From a virus (lineage: Duplodnaviria; Caudoviricetes), in the IMG/VR virus record IMGVR_UViG_3300024346_000016, positions 55,500 to 119,499 of that record: a DNA stretch of 64,000 bases. The stretch is one strand, 5' to 3'. The first letter of the stretch is position 1. Every line of letters begins with the position of its first letter. The notes below the pieces were generated by a model that worked only from the letters and a program-made list of their open reading frames with translations, was not told the origin of the DNA and searched no databases. Shown in pieces: positions 1 through 9,692 of the stretch. The position numbers and the translations under genes were made by a program.

Positions 1-1
1 A

Positions 2-1123
2 AGTTCTGCATCAACTTATAATAACTCAACCCTATTTTTAAATAACTTTGATTTAGACAAATACCAAGCTAACTTTGTTGCAAACGGAAGTGTTGATGCA
101 CTAATTACTGATGTTAGTAAAGCAATTACAACAATATATTCAAATTTTGTAACCACATCAGATGAATCAGCTAGTAGATATCACATTCAATTAGGTTCTT
201 TGTATAAATTGCCAAACGGTCAACATCAGATGAGTTTTTCTGAGAATAACCTTAGAATAAAGCACGCGCTAATAAACAATACGTCTGCTAGTCCAGCTGT
301 TTCTTACTTTCTGTCAGAATTTAATGTAGGTGGAGATTCATCGTATACCAATTCAGTTAATGGTGCAACATCAGCCTTTAAGTTTAGAGCATCTCAAATG
401 GATGGATCTGCCCACAATGGAGTTACACTATACACTGGAGGATCTTCTGCAATTAAAAGTTTTGCTGAAAATGACGCGGTATTTGATATAAATGGACTTT
501 TGCTTGAACGCGCAACTGCTTCTGGTAAAACTCGGCTTGCGTTTGGAATAGACTCGTTAAACACAGCTCATATTATTACAAAAACTTCGTTTGACATTTG
601 CGCAACTGGTGATATTTCGATTGGAGTATTTGGAACCGCATTGGGTGATACTAAACAAATTATCGCTAAGCGATTTGGCGCAACTGAAAAAACAACTGCT
701 CTTGGTGTTGGAGGTACCCCCAATTCATCATTAACTGTATATGGAACTAAGAGTATAGCATCGGCAGTTTCCGATACCCGATATTTGGCAGACCAAGTTA
801 ACCTTGGAACAATGACCAAAAATAGTTTACCTTTGTCTGGTAGCGGACTAACCGAATTATTTGTACCAAGGCAGCCAAATTTAAGTGTTAACGGTAGTGC
901 TGCAACAGCGGCTGGCCTCGCAAGTTATTTAGGATTTAATTCATATTTTGATGATAATGGAAATATGAACTTTACATATAGAGATGATAGTCCGGCAGGT
1001 ACGTCTGGAACAGGTTCAGCTTTTATTACAACCCGAGATGGTAGCATGCACTTTGTTGCATATTCAAATGATCCAGCTCTAGTTGATACTAACTCCGGAT
1101 CAAATTCAAACGAATCAGTATAA
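2..1123 (+). CDS. Virion structural / fibre-like protein, 5'-partial
   Basis: The frame of ORF 200..1123 is open back to position 2. Gly/Ser/Thr/Ala-rich beta-type sequence in the structural region. Confidence 0.55.
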   Translation, partial: SSASTYNNSTLFLNNFDLDKYQANFVANGSVDALITDVSKAITTIYSNFVTTSDESASRYHIQLGSLYKLPNGQHQMSFSENNLRIKHALINNTSASPAVSYFLSEFNVGGDSSYTNSVNGATSAFKFRASQMDGSAHNGVTLYTGGSSAIKSFAENDAVFDINGLLLERATASGKTRLAFGIDSLNTAHIITKTSFDICATGDISIGVFGTALGDTKQIIAKRFGATEKTTALGVGGTPNSSLTVYGTKSIASAVSDTRYLADQVNLGTMTKNSLPLSGSGLTELFVPRQPNLSVNGSAATAAGLASYLGFNSYFDDNGNMNFTYRDDSPAGTSGTGSAFITTRDGSMHFVAYSNDPALVDTNSGSNSNESV

Positions 1124-1137
1124 AATATACATAACAC

Positions 1138-2166
1138 ATGAAAACATTAAGTTTATCAAATATACTTAAAGCAGTTAAGTTTACCGTTACCAGAGATGGA
1201 AGAATGGCGGCTGGAAAATTTAACTATTATGAAGATGCAACAATGGATGCAGTTCTTTCTAATCCAACTTCGCACTTCATGCTTAATGGATCGCTGAGCT
1301 TACCAAATGTTGCATACTTCGGCAGTGAAAAATCAGGCCTATTGGAACTAACTAACGGTCATTATGGAGTATATGTTGGATCAACTAGTGCAATTACCGG
1401 TATTACTTTACCAGAACCTACGGCAAGTGTTTTACACAGAACCTATGTTTTAACTAACCAAAAAAGTTCTACCCTTGCTGTTAAATTTACAAGTGGAGGA
1501 ACCGAAACAACTGTAGTTACACTATCGGCCCTGCCTTCAACTAGCGCGGCAATTACAACAGTTGCAAATTTACCAATTAATTCAGTTGTAGTTCAGTGTC
1601 AACGTACATCACGTGCCTTAGCTACTCCTCAGACCTATACTTGGAGAATTATTTCTGCAAACTATGCGCCAGCGGTTGGAGCATCTGCATCAGCTGCTAC
1701 ATATAATGGCGGTATTTTTAAAGTAAATCTTCTTAAAACAAACCTGTCGTCGATTTCATCGAGCACACTATCTCAATATATTACAATTACACTAAACGGA
1801 GCTTCGGGTATTCCGCAATCGGGTAACTCTAATCAAATTATTAGAAAATTTACAAGTGGTCAAAATGTAAGTGTATCAGTATCTTCATCTCTTCCTTCTG
1901 GATATTCGTTTTCGTATTGGCAAAAGAAGTCGCCATTACCGGTTGGTACAATTTCAGCAAGTCAGCCATTTACTCAAGAATTAGCAAATGCGATTACAGT
2001 AGACAACCTAACTATTACTGAGATTGACCTAGTGTTTAGCTATACGGCGCCGGTTACAAGTCAAACTTATACATATAGTGGCGGAGGTGGATCTTACAGT
2101 TACAGCAGTGGAGGTTCTGGTCAATACTCTGGCGGCGGCTATAATAATGAGTACATGTATTCATAG
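1138..2166 (+). CDS. Putative virion structural protein with Ig-like C-terminal part and Gly/Ser/Tyr-rich tail
   Basis: 342 aa, Ser/Thr-rich. Contains 'PSGYSFSYW' (Ig-like repeat signature) and ends YSGGGGSYSYSSGGSGQYSGGGY. Confidence 0.5.
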   Translation: MKTLSLSNILKAVKFTVTRDGRMAAGKFNYYEDATMDAVLSNPTSHFMLNGSLSLPNVAYFGSEKSGLLELTNGHYGVYVGSTSAITGITLPEPTASVLHRTYVLTNQKSSTLAVKFTSGGTETTVVTLSALPSTSAAITTVANLPINSVVVQCQRTSRALATPQTYTWRIISANYAPAVGASASAATYNGGIFKVNLLKTNLSSISSSTLSQYITITLNGASGIPQSGNSNQIIRKFTSGQNVSVSVSSSLPSGYSFSYWQKKSPLPVGTISASQPFTQELANAITVDNLTITEIDLVFSYTAPVTSQTYTYSGGGGSYSYSSGGSGQYSGGGYNNEYMYS

Positions 2167-2169
2167 CAG

Positions 2170-2970
2170 TTAAGTTAAGGATCTAAGCTTATACGGGATC
2201 ACCTGGCCTCTTTCTAACATGGACTTAATATCCAATAAGATGTTTGAATTGAAGCCACTAGAGTGATTCAGAAGTTTATTAGCAACAATCGTAGCTAACG
2301 CTAGTTCAAATAGAGTTTCGTCTTTAATTTTCTTTACTGAAGATAATACCATGACATTTTTCTTAGCTGAAAAATCTGTAATTTCTGGCTTAACTTGGCC
2401 TAATAGTTCGCTAAATTCGCCGTCTTCACATGAAAATTCGTTTATTTCAATTAGGTGATTTGCTTTAATCAAAAAGGGTACGCCTTTATCTTTAGTAATT
2501 TTCCAAATATGATTAAGTTTAGCTTTATTTTGTGTAGTTGCGACATAAATCGAATCTAACTTGTGAAATTTTGCTGAATTAAAGTAGAGTCTAGTGTAAG
2601 CCAGTCTATCTAACATAATATCTAAATATTCAGTAAGAACTTCTGCTAAAATGGTTGACGACATTCTTAAGATTTCCCCGCCATACTCTTCCCTGTTTCG
2701 GGTTAAAGATGCAATAATTTCCATTACGTGACGATCGTCCTTTTTAAAATTATAGGCAGAGTCGAAAACTCCCTTATCAACAATAACTGTATTTAAATTT
2801 AGGTAGTGAAATAGGATTTCGTGGAATCTAGTAAAAGATCCAGCTTTAAGATCCGCAAGATACTTTTGTTTAGCACCAAGCATAACGTAATTATAATATT
2901 CAAGGTCAACATATTTAGAATTTGCCAGCCATAGTGGATCCAGGCCTGGCACATTTAGGTTAGTCTTCAT
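2170..2970 (-). CDS. Hypothetical protein
   Basis: 266-aa ORF with normal composition. TAAATA motif upstream on the minus strand (2990-2995). Confidence 0.7.
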   Translation of the reverse strand: MKTNLNVPGLDPLWLANSKYVDLEYYNYVMLGAKQKYLADLKAGSFTRFHEILFHYLNLNTVIVDKGVFDSAYNFKKDDRHVMEIIASLTRNREEYGGEILRMSSTILAEVLTEYLDIMLDRLAYTRLYFNSAKFHKLDSIYVATTQNKAKLNHIWKITKDKGVPFLIKANHLIEINEFSCEDGEFSELLGQVKPEITDFSAKKNVMVLSSVKKIKDETLFELALATIVANKLLNHSSGFNSNILLDIKSMLERGQVIPYKLRSLT

Positions 2971-2989
2971 GGTGCCGAATCTTTATTGA

Positions 2990-3030
2990 TATTTATTTAA
3001 GTTAGCGACCAGGCTAAACTTGGATAAATA
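2990..3030. promoter_or_regulatory. Divergent pair of late-promoter-like TAAATA motifs
   Basis: TAAATA on - at 2990-2995 and on + at 3025-3030, between divergent ORFs. Matches the core of the T4 late promoter TATAAATA. Confidence 0.55.
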
Positions 3031-3050
3031 AAAAGAAAGCGCCATCTGTA

Positions 3051-5114
3051 ATGCAGACAGTTACCCTAAAGCTTATTCCGGAGACTTCCAAATCAAGTCT
3101 GACATTCAGCAGTAACTATAGACTATTTTCAACAAAGGACCCTTTACCTGGAGCCTATTCGATTACAAGTTTTACTGACGATGTTGACTTAAATGGCAAT
3201 AACCAAACCTATCTAAGTAAAAAATTTAGATATTCAACAGATCGTGGAAACTGGTCTCTGTGGTACGATATTGCAGACATTGCCGCACTTGCTTTTAATA
3301 ATGCTGATCTATTTGTTGAATTAAAATATGAATATAATAATACAACTAGGAATCAGCTTACTAATCCAATTGTTGTAAATGAAATTAAATTTAAAATTGT
3401 TGCAGCAGATTCTGTTCCAAGCCTATTTACACCAAGCATAGTTTGTAGCGATGAGGTTTGTCCAGCTCTTATTTCAACTGGCACCATGTCGTTTAATCCA
3501 TATGCGGCAGACCAGGCCGTAAATATTTTTAAACAATTAAGCTTTAATACTAACAAATTATTTGGACATGAGGTTGTTTACTTTAAAACCGAACCAGATA
3601 GAGACTCTGCGGACTACGTGTTCAAGGAGTGGACTCTATTCAAAACAATTAGCAGAAAATGCATTAAGGTGCTTGTACCCGGAAATAAATTTCCAGATAA
3701 TAAGCCTACATACGCAGAGTTTGGTGTGGATTTTGAAATGCCATTCGAAATCCATATTGATAACCAATATTTCCAAACGATCTTTGGAGCAGCGTCGAAT
3801 CCTCGCAAAAAGGATTTCCTCTATTTTCCATTAACTAACAGAATGTATGAGATTCAGGGTACATACCTATATCGCGGAATTATGCAGGAGCCAGTTTATT
3901 GGAAAATTCAATTGGTTAAGTTTCAGCCAAATATTGATATGATGATGAAAGCAGAAGACCGAACTTTCTTAGATAATATTATTACAAGTACAGATGAATT
4001 ATTTGCAGATCAAATGATTGACGAAGTTAAGGATGCAACAATGCCCCAGCAATTTAAAACAATTTCAACCCGTTTTGATGAAACTCGTAAGGCACTACAC
4101 CCAGATCTCAAAATCAAGCAATTGACCCTAACCTACAACTATTCTCCACTAATTCAATATTATTATGAAAGTAAGAGTGTACCGAGCTTACCTATTACAG
4201 TTATACCCAAAACCTCAAATTTTACAAAAGATTCGGTTAAATATGAAGATGCTGCAACCAAATATACTTTAATTGCATATGAAGAATCTGAACTATTTTC
4301 ACTATGGGCTGGCTATAAATTAACAACATATGACTTAAGTAATGGAGCGCCAATTAAAATTAGAGGTCCATATAATTCAAACGATCCACTGCTTGGCCGA
4401 TATATTAAAATTGACAGATATGCTGACTCTAATTTCTTTACGCCAAACCAATTAGCGTTTGAACCAGATACAAATAGCCGTGTACATATTTTAACCAGAG
4501 ACTATAGCGTTGTCTATAATGAAATTGGAAAATTAGGAGAAGACAAATCTAATATGACTTACTTTGCGCTATTTAAAATTAATGCCCTAACCGATTCAAT
4601 TAGTTTTATTGATGCATACGATAATAATTTATCACAAGGATTAAAGTTAGATGGTACTTCAATTGCAATTAATAATTCAACTGATAAAAACGTTTCAATT
4701 AGGCTTGAAATAAATTCGACCTTAACTCAATTTAATACAGTTAGATTAGAAATCGATAAGTGGTATGCCATATTTGTGCCAGTATCTAGTCAATTTAAGC
4801 AAACTGCCCTAACTATATATGGATTTAATCAGGATCCAGCGAATTTAAATAATTTTAATGATATTTCTCAAATCCATAATTCAGCAAAAACCTTGACTGG
4901 TGCAAGTTCATTTAGTTTTTCAATTAACGAAAACTTTAGACTAGTATCATCACCAATTGATATTGCAAATATACGACTCTTTAATACAATGGTTCAAGAG
5001 GAGGACCATGATTTTGTAATTAGTCAGTTATTCATTAAAGATGAATCAATTTTACGTATAATTGATAACTGCCGTCCAAGATTAAATATTCCTTATATTG
5101 GTATAAACAGATAA
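3051..5114 (+). CDS. Neck / head-completion protein (T4 gp14-like core) with C-terminal LamG-like region
   Basis: 'FGHEVVYF...FGVDFEMPFEIHID...PRKKDFLYFPLTNRMYEI' resembles the gp14 P.EGDLIYFP...FEI motif. C-terminal 'KWYAIFV...IANIRLFN' is concanavalin-like. Confidence 0.55.
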   Translation: MQTVTLKLIPETSKSSLTFSSNYRLFSTKDPLPGAYSITSFTDDVDLNGNNQTYLSKKFRYSTDRGNWSLWYDIADIAALAFNNADLFVELKYEYNNTTRNQLTNPIVVNEIKFKIVAADSVPSLFTPSIVCSDEVCPALISTGTMSFNPYAADQAVNIFKQLSFNTNKLFGHEVVYFKTEPDRDSADYVFKEWTLFKTISRKCIKVLVPGNKFPDNKPTYAEFGVDFEMPFEIHIDNQYFQTIFGAASNPRKKDFLYFPLTNRMYEIQGTYLYRGIMQEPVYWKIQLVKFQPNIDMMMKAEDRTFLDNIITSTDELFADQMIDEVKDATMPQQFKTISTRFDETRKALHPDLKIKQLTLTYNYSPLIQYYYESKSVPSLPITVIPKTSNFTKDSVKYEDAATKYTLIAYEESELFSLWAGYKLTTYDLSNGAPIKIRGPYNSNDPLLGRYIKIDRYADSNFFTPNQLAFEPDTNSRVHILTRDYSVVYNEIGKLGEDKSNMTYFALFKINALTDSISFIDAYDNNLSQGLKLDGTSIAINNSTDKNVSIRLEINSTLTQFNTVRLEIDKWYAIFVPVSSQFKQTALTIYGFNQDPANLNNFNDISQIHNSAKTLTGASSFSFSINENFRLVSSPIDIANIRLFNTMVQEEDHDFVISQLFIKDESILRIIDNCRPRLNIPYIGINR

Positions 5115-5122
5115 CATAAACT

Positions 5123-6433
5123 ATGATACTAGACATTAAAAACAGGGAACAGGTAGAATCAGCACAGTTTGTGCTTACAGTTGATTTCTTTTCAAATAAA
5201 TCAATTCAGCAACTTGCAGAAAAAGCCAAATCTGCTCTACACAGAGACATTGAGGTTGGCGCAACTCGAGATGCTTGGAAACCTTTACAGGAAAATGGAG
5301 CACGGCTAACCAATCTCTATAATAACGGATTTAAAATGAAGCGAATGACAATCGGTCCAGTCTACTATTACGAAGGGGTCAATGCTCTTCTTAAATCATT
5401 TAAGTTTATTGAAGATAACGGGTACACTAACGAATTGTGTAAGGTTAAAATTGATTTAGGTTTCTCTAAAATGAATGAAGGAGCAAGAATTCCTCAGCTA
5501 AATAAATTTAAATTTTTACTTAATTTTAATGAAGCTAAAGCCTTTGAATTATGGCCACAGGAGATTCGCTCAAGTAAAATCTATAAACACTCTATAAATT
5601 TAATATACCCAAAAAATAAATTTATAGCCGAAGCCGCTGTGCCGTCTGGCAGCTATTCTTCACAACTGGAATTTAGCTTTCCCAGATCAAAACAGTTTGG
5701 AATCAATTTTGACAGAATTAGTGAAGGTTTTGTAACTATAAAGTATATCGGCGGAAAGGATTACGAAAAGAGAAATACCCAAGCCGTTGAATTATTAAAC
5801 CTGGTAATAGAGTCTCTTTTTTCAACCTTAAAATCAAATTCAATCTATTCAGATAGAGATCGTGAAAAAATTAAAGAGATCTTAACCGAACAAAAGTCAC
5901 ACTTAACTGCCTTAAAATCTTACGCAACATTTGAAACTAAATTTCCACTTATTAAATTATCAATGGATCTAGATTCAAGGCCAGAAATACTTGGTGCTAA
6001 GTTTAATCTGGTTAGGGAAAAACTTTTTGATCTGGTAACATATGGCGGACTGGTTAGAGGCCGTGTAAATTATAATTCAGAAACAAATCAAGTTGAAGTT
6101 TTAGAAGGTCGAATAAAAAATGGTTTTAATCTATCAAATATTATTTTTATGGAGTCTTCAATTCAGGCTGAACTTTCTGACTGTACACTAGTCAACTGTA
6201 AAGTTAGAAGTTCTAGACTTTTAGAGTGTACAATTTTTGATAAAAATGATATTAGATACTCAACTCTATCTAATTGCAACTTTAACCAATCTGGCGTTAA
6301 TACAATTCAGCAATCAACAATTAAAGGTCAACCAAACATGCAAGTTTCAGCGGATTTAACTGAGTGTCTTGTTGTAGGATCACCACTTTCATACCACGCA
6401 ACTAAAGATTCTAAGACTGAGATTGCTCTTTAA
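5123..6433 (+). CDS. Degenerate amidoligase-like (COOH-NH2 ligase) protein with C-terminal beta-helix-like repeats
   Basis: 'GYTNELCKVKIDLGF', 'KQFGINF' and 'TIKYIGGKDYE' align with phage amidoligase motifs, but the catalytic His/Glu/Arg residues are replaced. C-terminal repeats such as LSDCTLVNCKVRSSRLLEC. Confidence 0.5.
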   Translation: MILDIKNREQVESAQFVLTVDFFSNKSIQQLAEKAKSALHRDIEVGATRDAWKPLQENGARLTNLYNNGFKMKRMTIGPVYYYEGVNALLKSFKFIEDNGYTNELCKVKIDLGFSKMNEGARIPQLNKFKFLLNFNEAKAFELWPQEIRSSKIYKHSINLIYPKNKFIAEAAVPSGSYSSQLEFSFPRSKQFGINFDRISEGFVTIKYIGGKDYEKRNTQAVELLNLVIESLFSTLKSNSIYSDRDREKIKEILTEQKSHLTALKSYATFETKFPLIKLSMDLDSRPEILGAKFNLVREKLFDLVTYGGLVRGRVNYNSETNQVEVLEGRIKNGFNLSNIIFMESSIQAELSDCTLVNCKVRSSRLLECTIFDKNDIRYSTLSNCNFNQSGVNTIQQSTIKGQPNMQVSADLTECLVVGSPLSYHATKDSKTEIAL

Positions 6434-6479
6434 GCAAATCCAGTTTGGGATAATAAATAACTAAAACAACTGGGCCTAG

Positions 6480-8711
6480 ATGGGAGTCTATTCTAACTTA
6501 ACAAACATTACCGATTTATCTGATTCAAGCTTAAGCTCGAGTATATCGACGTCTAACCAGAATTTTGATAACTTACAGGCGGCTATCCAAGCGTTTTTAA
6601 CTGCAATCTCATTTGATGAGACCAATAACAATATTTCGGTTAACCAGATTGCAGCAGTTGGTATTACAGCAAGTTCTACTATCAGAGTCGTACAAAACGG
6701 CTCTATTAAAATGCAGGTCGATGCAGATGGAGTATTAACAACCCAATCTGCCCTTGCTAACCTATTTCAAACACCTTTACTTAGATTACAGGATAATACT
6801 GGTAAGCTCGGCGCAGCTGGCCTTATTGGAGATGTTATCTATGCAAATAATACCGCTCCAGCTGGAGAGGGATTTTATGGATATACTCAAAATAACGGTT
6901 GGGTAAAACTATCTAGCGGTCAAGCCGCAAGCGGCCCAGTCGGAACAGCTTTTACTGGAATTGCAAATTCTCAAGGAACTGTAATATTTGGTGCAAGTAG
7001 TGCAACTGATACCCTTGGTTTTGAGGGTCAGGGTGGAACCACCGTGAGTCTAGATGCCGTAACCAAGAGGGTTATAATTAGCTCAGCAAATGTTTCAACT
7101 AATTCGTTTAGTCAAATTGCAAATGCACTTGGTAATATTCAATTAAGTGCAAGCGGTCCACAAAGTACATTTAGAATTGAAGGTACTGGTGATACTACTG
7201 TTGCATTTAATGGTGCAACCAATAAGGTAACTATTAACTCGCCTGTTCAAACTCCAGGTTTTTCTAAAATTGCAAGCGCAAGCGGCGCAATTCAATTTGA
7301 AGCTGCTTCTATTAATGATATAATCAGAATTGCTGGAGAGGGTGGAATTAATATTAATTTTAATTCAACTACAAAACAGGTTTCAATTGGAATTGATACG
7401 GAGGCCCTTAATTCAGTTTCAGCCTTTACTATAAGTAATGATGGAACCGATATTGCATCAACCGAGCCTGCAACGATCTTAACTAAAATGGAGCAACTTG
7501 ATTTCAAGGAAGGTCCAGCTAATTTAAGTTCATCAATTTTAGCAGTAGCTGATCCATCTAGCGATAAGGTAACTGTTTTTGTAAGACCGATTTCTCCACC
7601 TACATTTTCAGCAGACGTTTTTGTAAGTTTACCATTTGGTAAAACAGTTGGACGATTTATATCTGGAGACACAATTCCCGCAGCGGGTAAAACTGCTGAA
7701 GAGGTGTTTAACCTTATTGCACAGGAACCAATTGCTCCTACCGTGTCCCTAAGTTCCTCTACAAGTATCTTATTTAATCAAACTGCAATTTCAAATGAGT
7801 TAGTCTTTACTAAAACTATTAATACACTTGGTGCAACTACAGCAACTGCTGTTTTACAGTGGAGACGTAATAATTCTGGTACATGGACTACCTTAACTTC
7901 AACTACTGGTGCAACTACATATACACACACTCTAACAGATTCGGCTTTTAATACTCAACCTTTTAATTATCAATATATTGTAACCGATAGTGCTGGAGCT
8001 ACCGCAACTGCAACTTTAACAATTACTCCACAATCTTATCAATCACCAAGTATCTCATTTAGTGCCCCAGCTTCGACTCTTTCACTATCAATTGAAAGTA
8101 ATCAAATTAGAGAACGCGGTAATACGTCATCTGTTTTACAGGGATCTACTTCCAGAAACCGACTCTATGTTCCAATTAGCGGATTCCAATATGCAGTTTC
8201 GTTTAATAGTGGAGCCTATGTAAATATTGGAACAGCTGGATCCCTAGCGGCAGCCGGCGGATCCTTTACTAATTTTACTGATACGTCAATTACATCATCC
8301 GCAACTAGCGCAATTTATCGAGTTTCTGTTACAGATTCCTATACAACTGCAACTGCTTCATATAACATAACTTACAAATACGTGGTATTCTATGGACCTA
8401 GTGCAAGCGCGCCAGCTAATTCAGCTGGAGTTAGAGCCCTATCTGGCAAAAGATTTACAGATGCCGGTAATACATTTACCCTAAATACAGGAGCAGTTCA
8501 AACAATATTTACAGTAGCTATTCCTGCAACAATGGCCCTAACTCAAGTATTAGATCTGGATGCACTAAACGCAAATATCACAGCAAATTATACACTTTCA
8601 ACATTTAATGTTAATGATGGAGGAGGAACACCAGTTGCATATAAAATATACACGCTGACCAATGCTATTCCTTATAGCGCAGATCACCGTCACCAAATAA
8701 CTATCGCATAA
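6480..8711 (+). CDS. Large virion structural / fibre protein with three internal repeats and an Ig-like C-terminus
   Basis: 743 aa. Three copies of F..IA...G.....A....DT...EG.G...V.....K.V.I. Thr-rich Ig-like strands (YQYIVTDSAG, YRVSVTDS). TAAATA at 6454-6459. Confidence 0.6.
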   Translation: MGVYSNLTNITDLSDSSLSSSISTSNQNFDNLQAAIQAFLTAISFDETNNNISVNQIAAVGITASSTIRVVQNGSIKMQVDADGVLTTQSALANLFQTPLLRLQDNTGKLGAAGLIGDVIYANNTAPAGEGFYGYTQNNGWVKLSSGQAASGPVGTAFTGIANSQGTVIFGASSATDTLGFEGQGGTTVSLDAVTKRVIISSANVSTNSFSQIANALGNIQLSASGPQSTFRIEGTGDTTVAFNGATNKVTINSPVQTPGFSKIASASGAIQFEAASINDIIRIAGEGGININFNSTTKQVSIGIDTEALNSVSAFTISNDGTDIASTEPATILTKMEQLDFKEGPANLSSSILAVADPSSDKVTVFVRPISPPTFSADVFVSLPFGKTVGRFISGDTIPAAGKTAEEVFNLIAQEPIAPTVSLSSSTSILFNQTAISNELVFTKTINTLGATTATAVLQWRRNNSGTWTTLTSTTGATTYTHTLTDSAFNTQPFNYQYIVTDSAGATATATLTITPQSYQSPSISFSAPASTLSLSIESNQIRERGNTSSVLQGSTSRNRLYVPISGFQYAVSFNSGAYVNIGTAGSLAAAGGSFTNFTDTSITSSATSAIYRVSVTDSYTTATASYNITYKYVVFYGPSASAPANSAGVRALSGKRFTDAGNTFTLNTGAVQTIFTVAIPATMALTQVLDLDALNANITANYTLSTFNVNDGGGTPVAYKIYTLTNAIPYSADHRHQITIA

Positions 8712-8713
8712 CC

Positions 8714-9640
8714 ATGAGTTTTACACCAGGACTTCAATTACCTTATGGTATTACACCAGTTAACCCGGTTCCAGTCGACGGGTACTCTGGGCCATATGCA
8801 ACAACAGCTGAAGCATTAGCTAATATTCCACAGGCTATTCGATTCCCAACCATGCAGGTCCGAATCGTTAATGGTGATGATAATCAGATGTACTGGTTTA
8901 AAGACGGAGTTTTAGATGTAGATCTTATTGAATTTTCACCAACCAATGCTAACTTATTAACTTTTGTTGCGCATCTTCAAAATACTTCATGGTTAGTTAA
9001 TGAAGCCGCTGATTTTAACAGTGGCAATAATGCAAATCCAACGATTTATGTTTTTAGAGGAAATATTTACAAATTTAAAGTTGCCTCAAGTATAGGTCAC
9101 ACCCTGCAAATCCGAAGCGCAAATGGCACAGCCTATTCAGTCGGCATGCCGACTAGCGGTGCCGGTACAAATACTCAAGGTAGCGGCGGCTATATCTTAT
9201 GGACAGTTCCATTTGACGCGCCAGACGATCTTTTCTATGTATGTACGGCTCACCAAAGCGTAATGCGAGGACATATTCGAGTTATTCCAAGTCTGGTTGC
9301 ACCAATTACTCCAAGTGCTGAACAAGGCAATGCTAATCAGGTAACATATACTTCAAATACTGGCAGTTATTCACTAGCATCAAACTCGGCAATTACCAAA
9401 GCAATTCATATAGATTCAACCGTGTGTATAAGTATAAATGGAGTAAGAAGACTCTTAACAGATTCAAATACGTCTCCTTTCTTTTTTAGCCGAACTGGTG
9501 GTATAAATCAATTATTATTAGCTCAAGTGCAGGCAGGGGATTCACTTTATACGAGGCCTGCATATTTAGAACATGGATTAGAAACCTCTGATCTTATTCT
9601 ACTTGAATATTTTAGCGGGGGCACAGTTACACTTGCATAA
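8714..9640 (+). CDS. Virion protein with cupredoxin-like domain
   Basis: 'NPTIYVFRGNIYKF...GHTLQI...WTVPFDAPDDLFYVCTAHQSVMRGHIRV' gives H...C-x2-H-x3-M, type-1 copper ligand spacing. Confidence 0.6.
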   Translation: MSFTPGLQLPYGITPVNPVPVDGYSGPYATTAEALANIPQAIRFPTMQVRIVNGDDNQMYWFKDGVLDVDLIEFSPTNANLLTFVAHLQNTSWLVNEAADFNSGNNANPTIYVFRGNIYKFKVASSIGHTLQIRSANGTAYSVGMPTSGAGTNTQGSGGYILWTVPFDAPDDLFYVCTAHQSVMRGHIRVIPSLVAPITPSAEQGNANQVTYTSNTGSYSLASNSAITKAIHIDSTVCISINGVRRLLTDSNTSPFFFSRTGGINQLLLAQVQAGDSLYTRPAYLEHGLETSDLILLEYFSGGTVTLA

Positions 9641-9692
9641 ATTACTGAACAACCAACAAATAAATAACTTAAATAAAAAGACTTTATAAACA

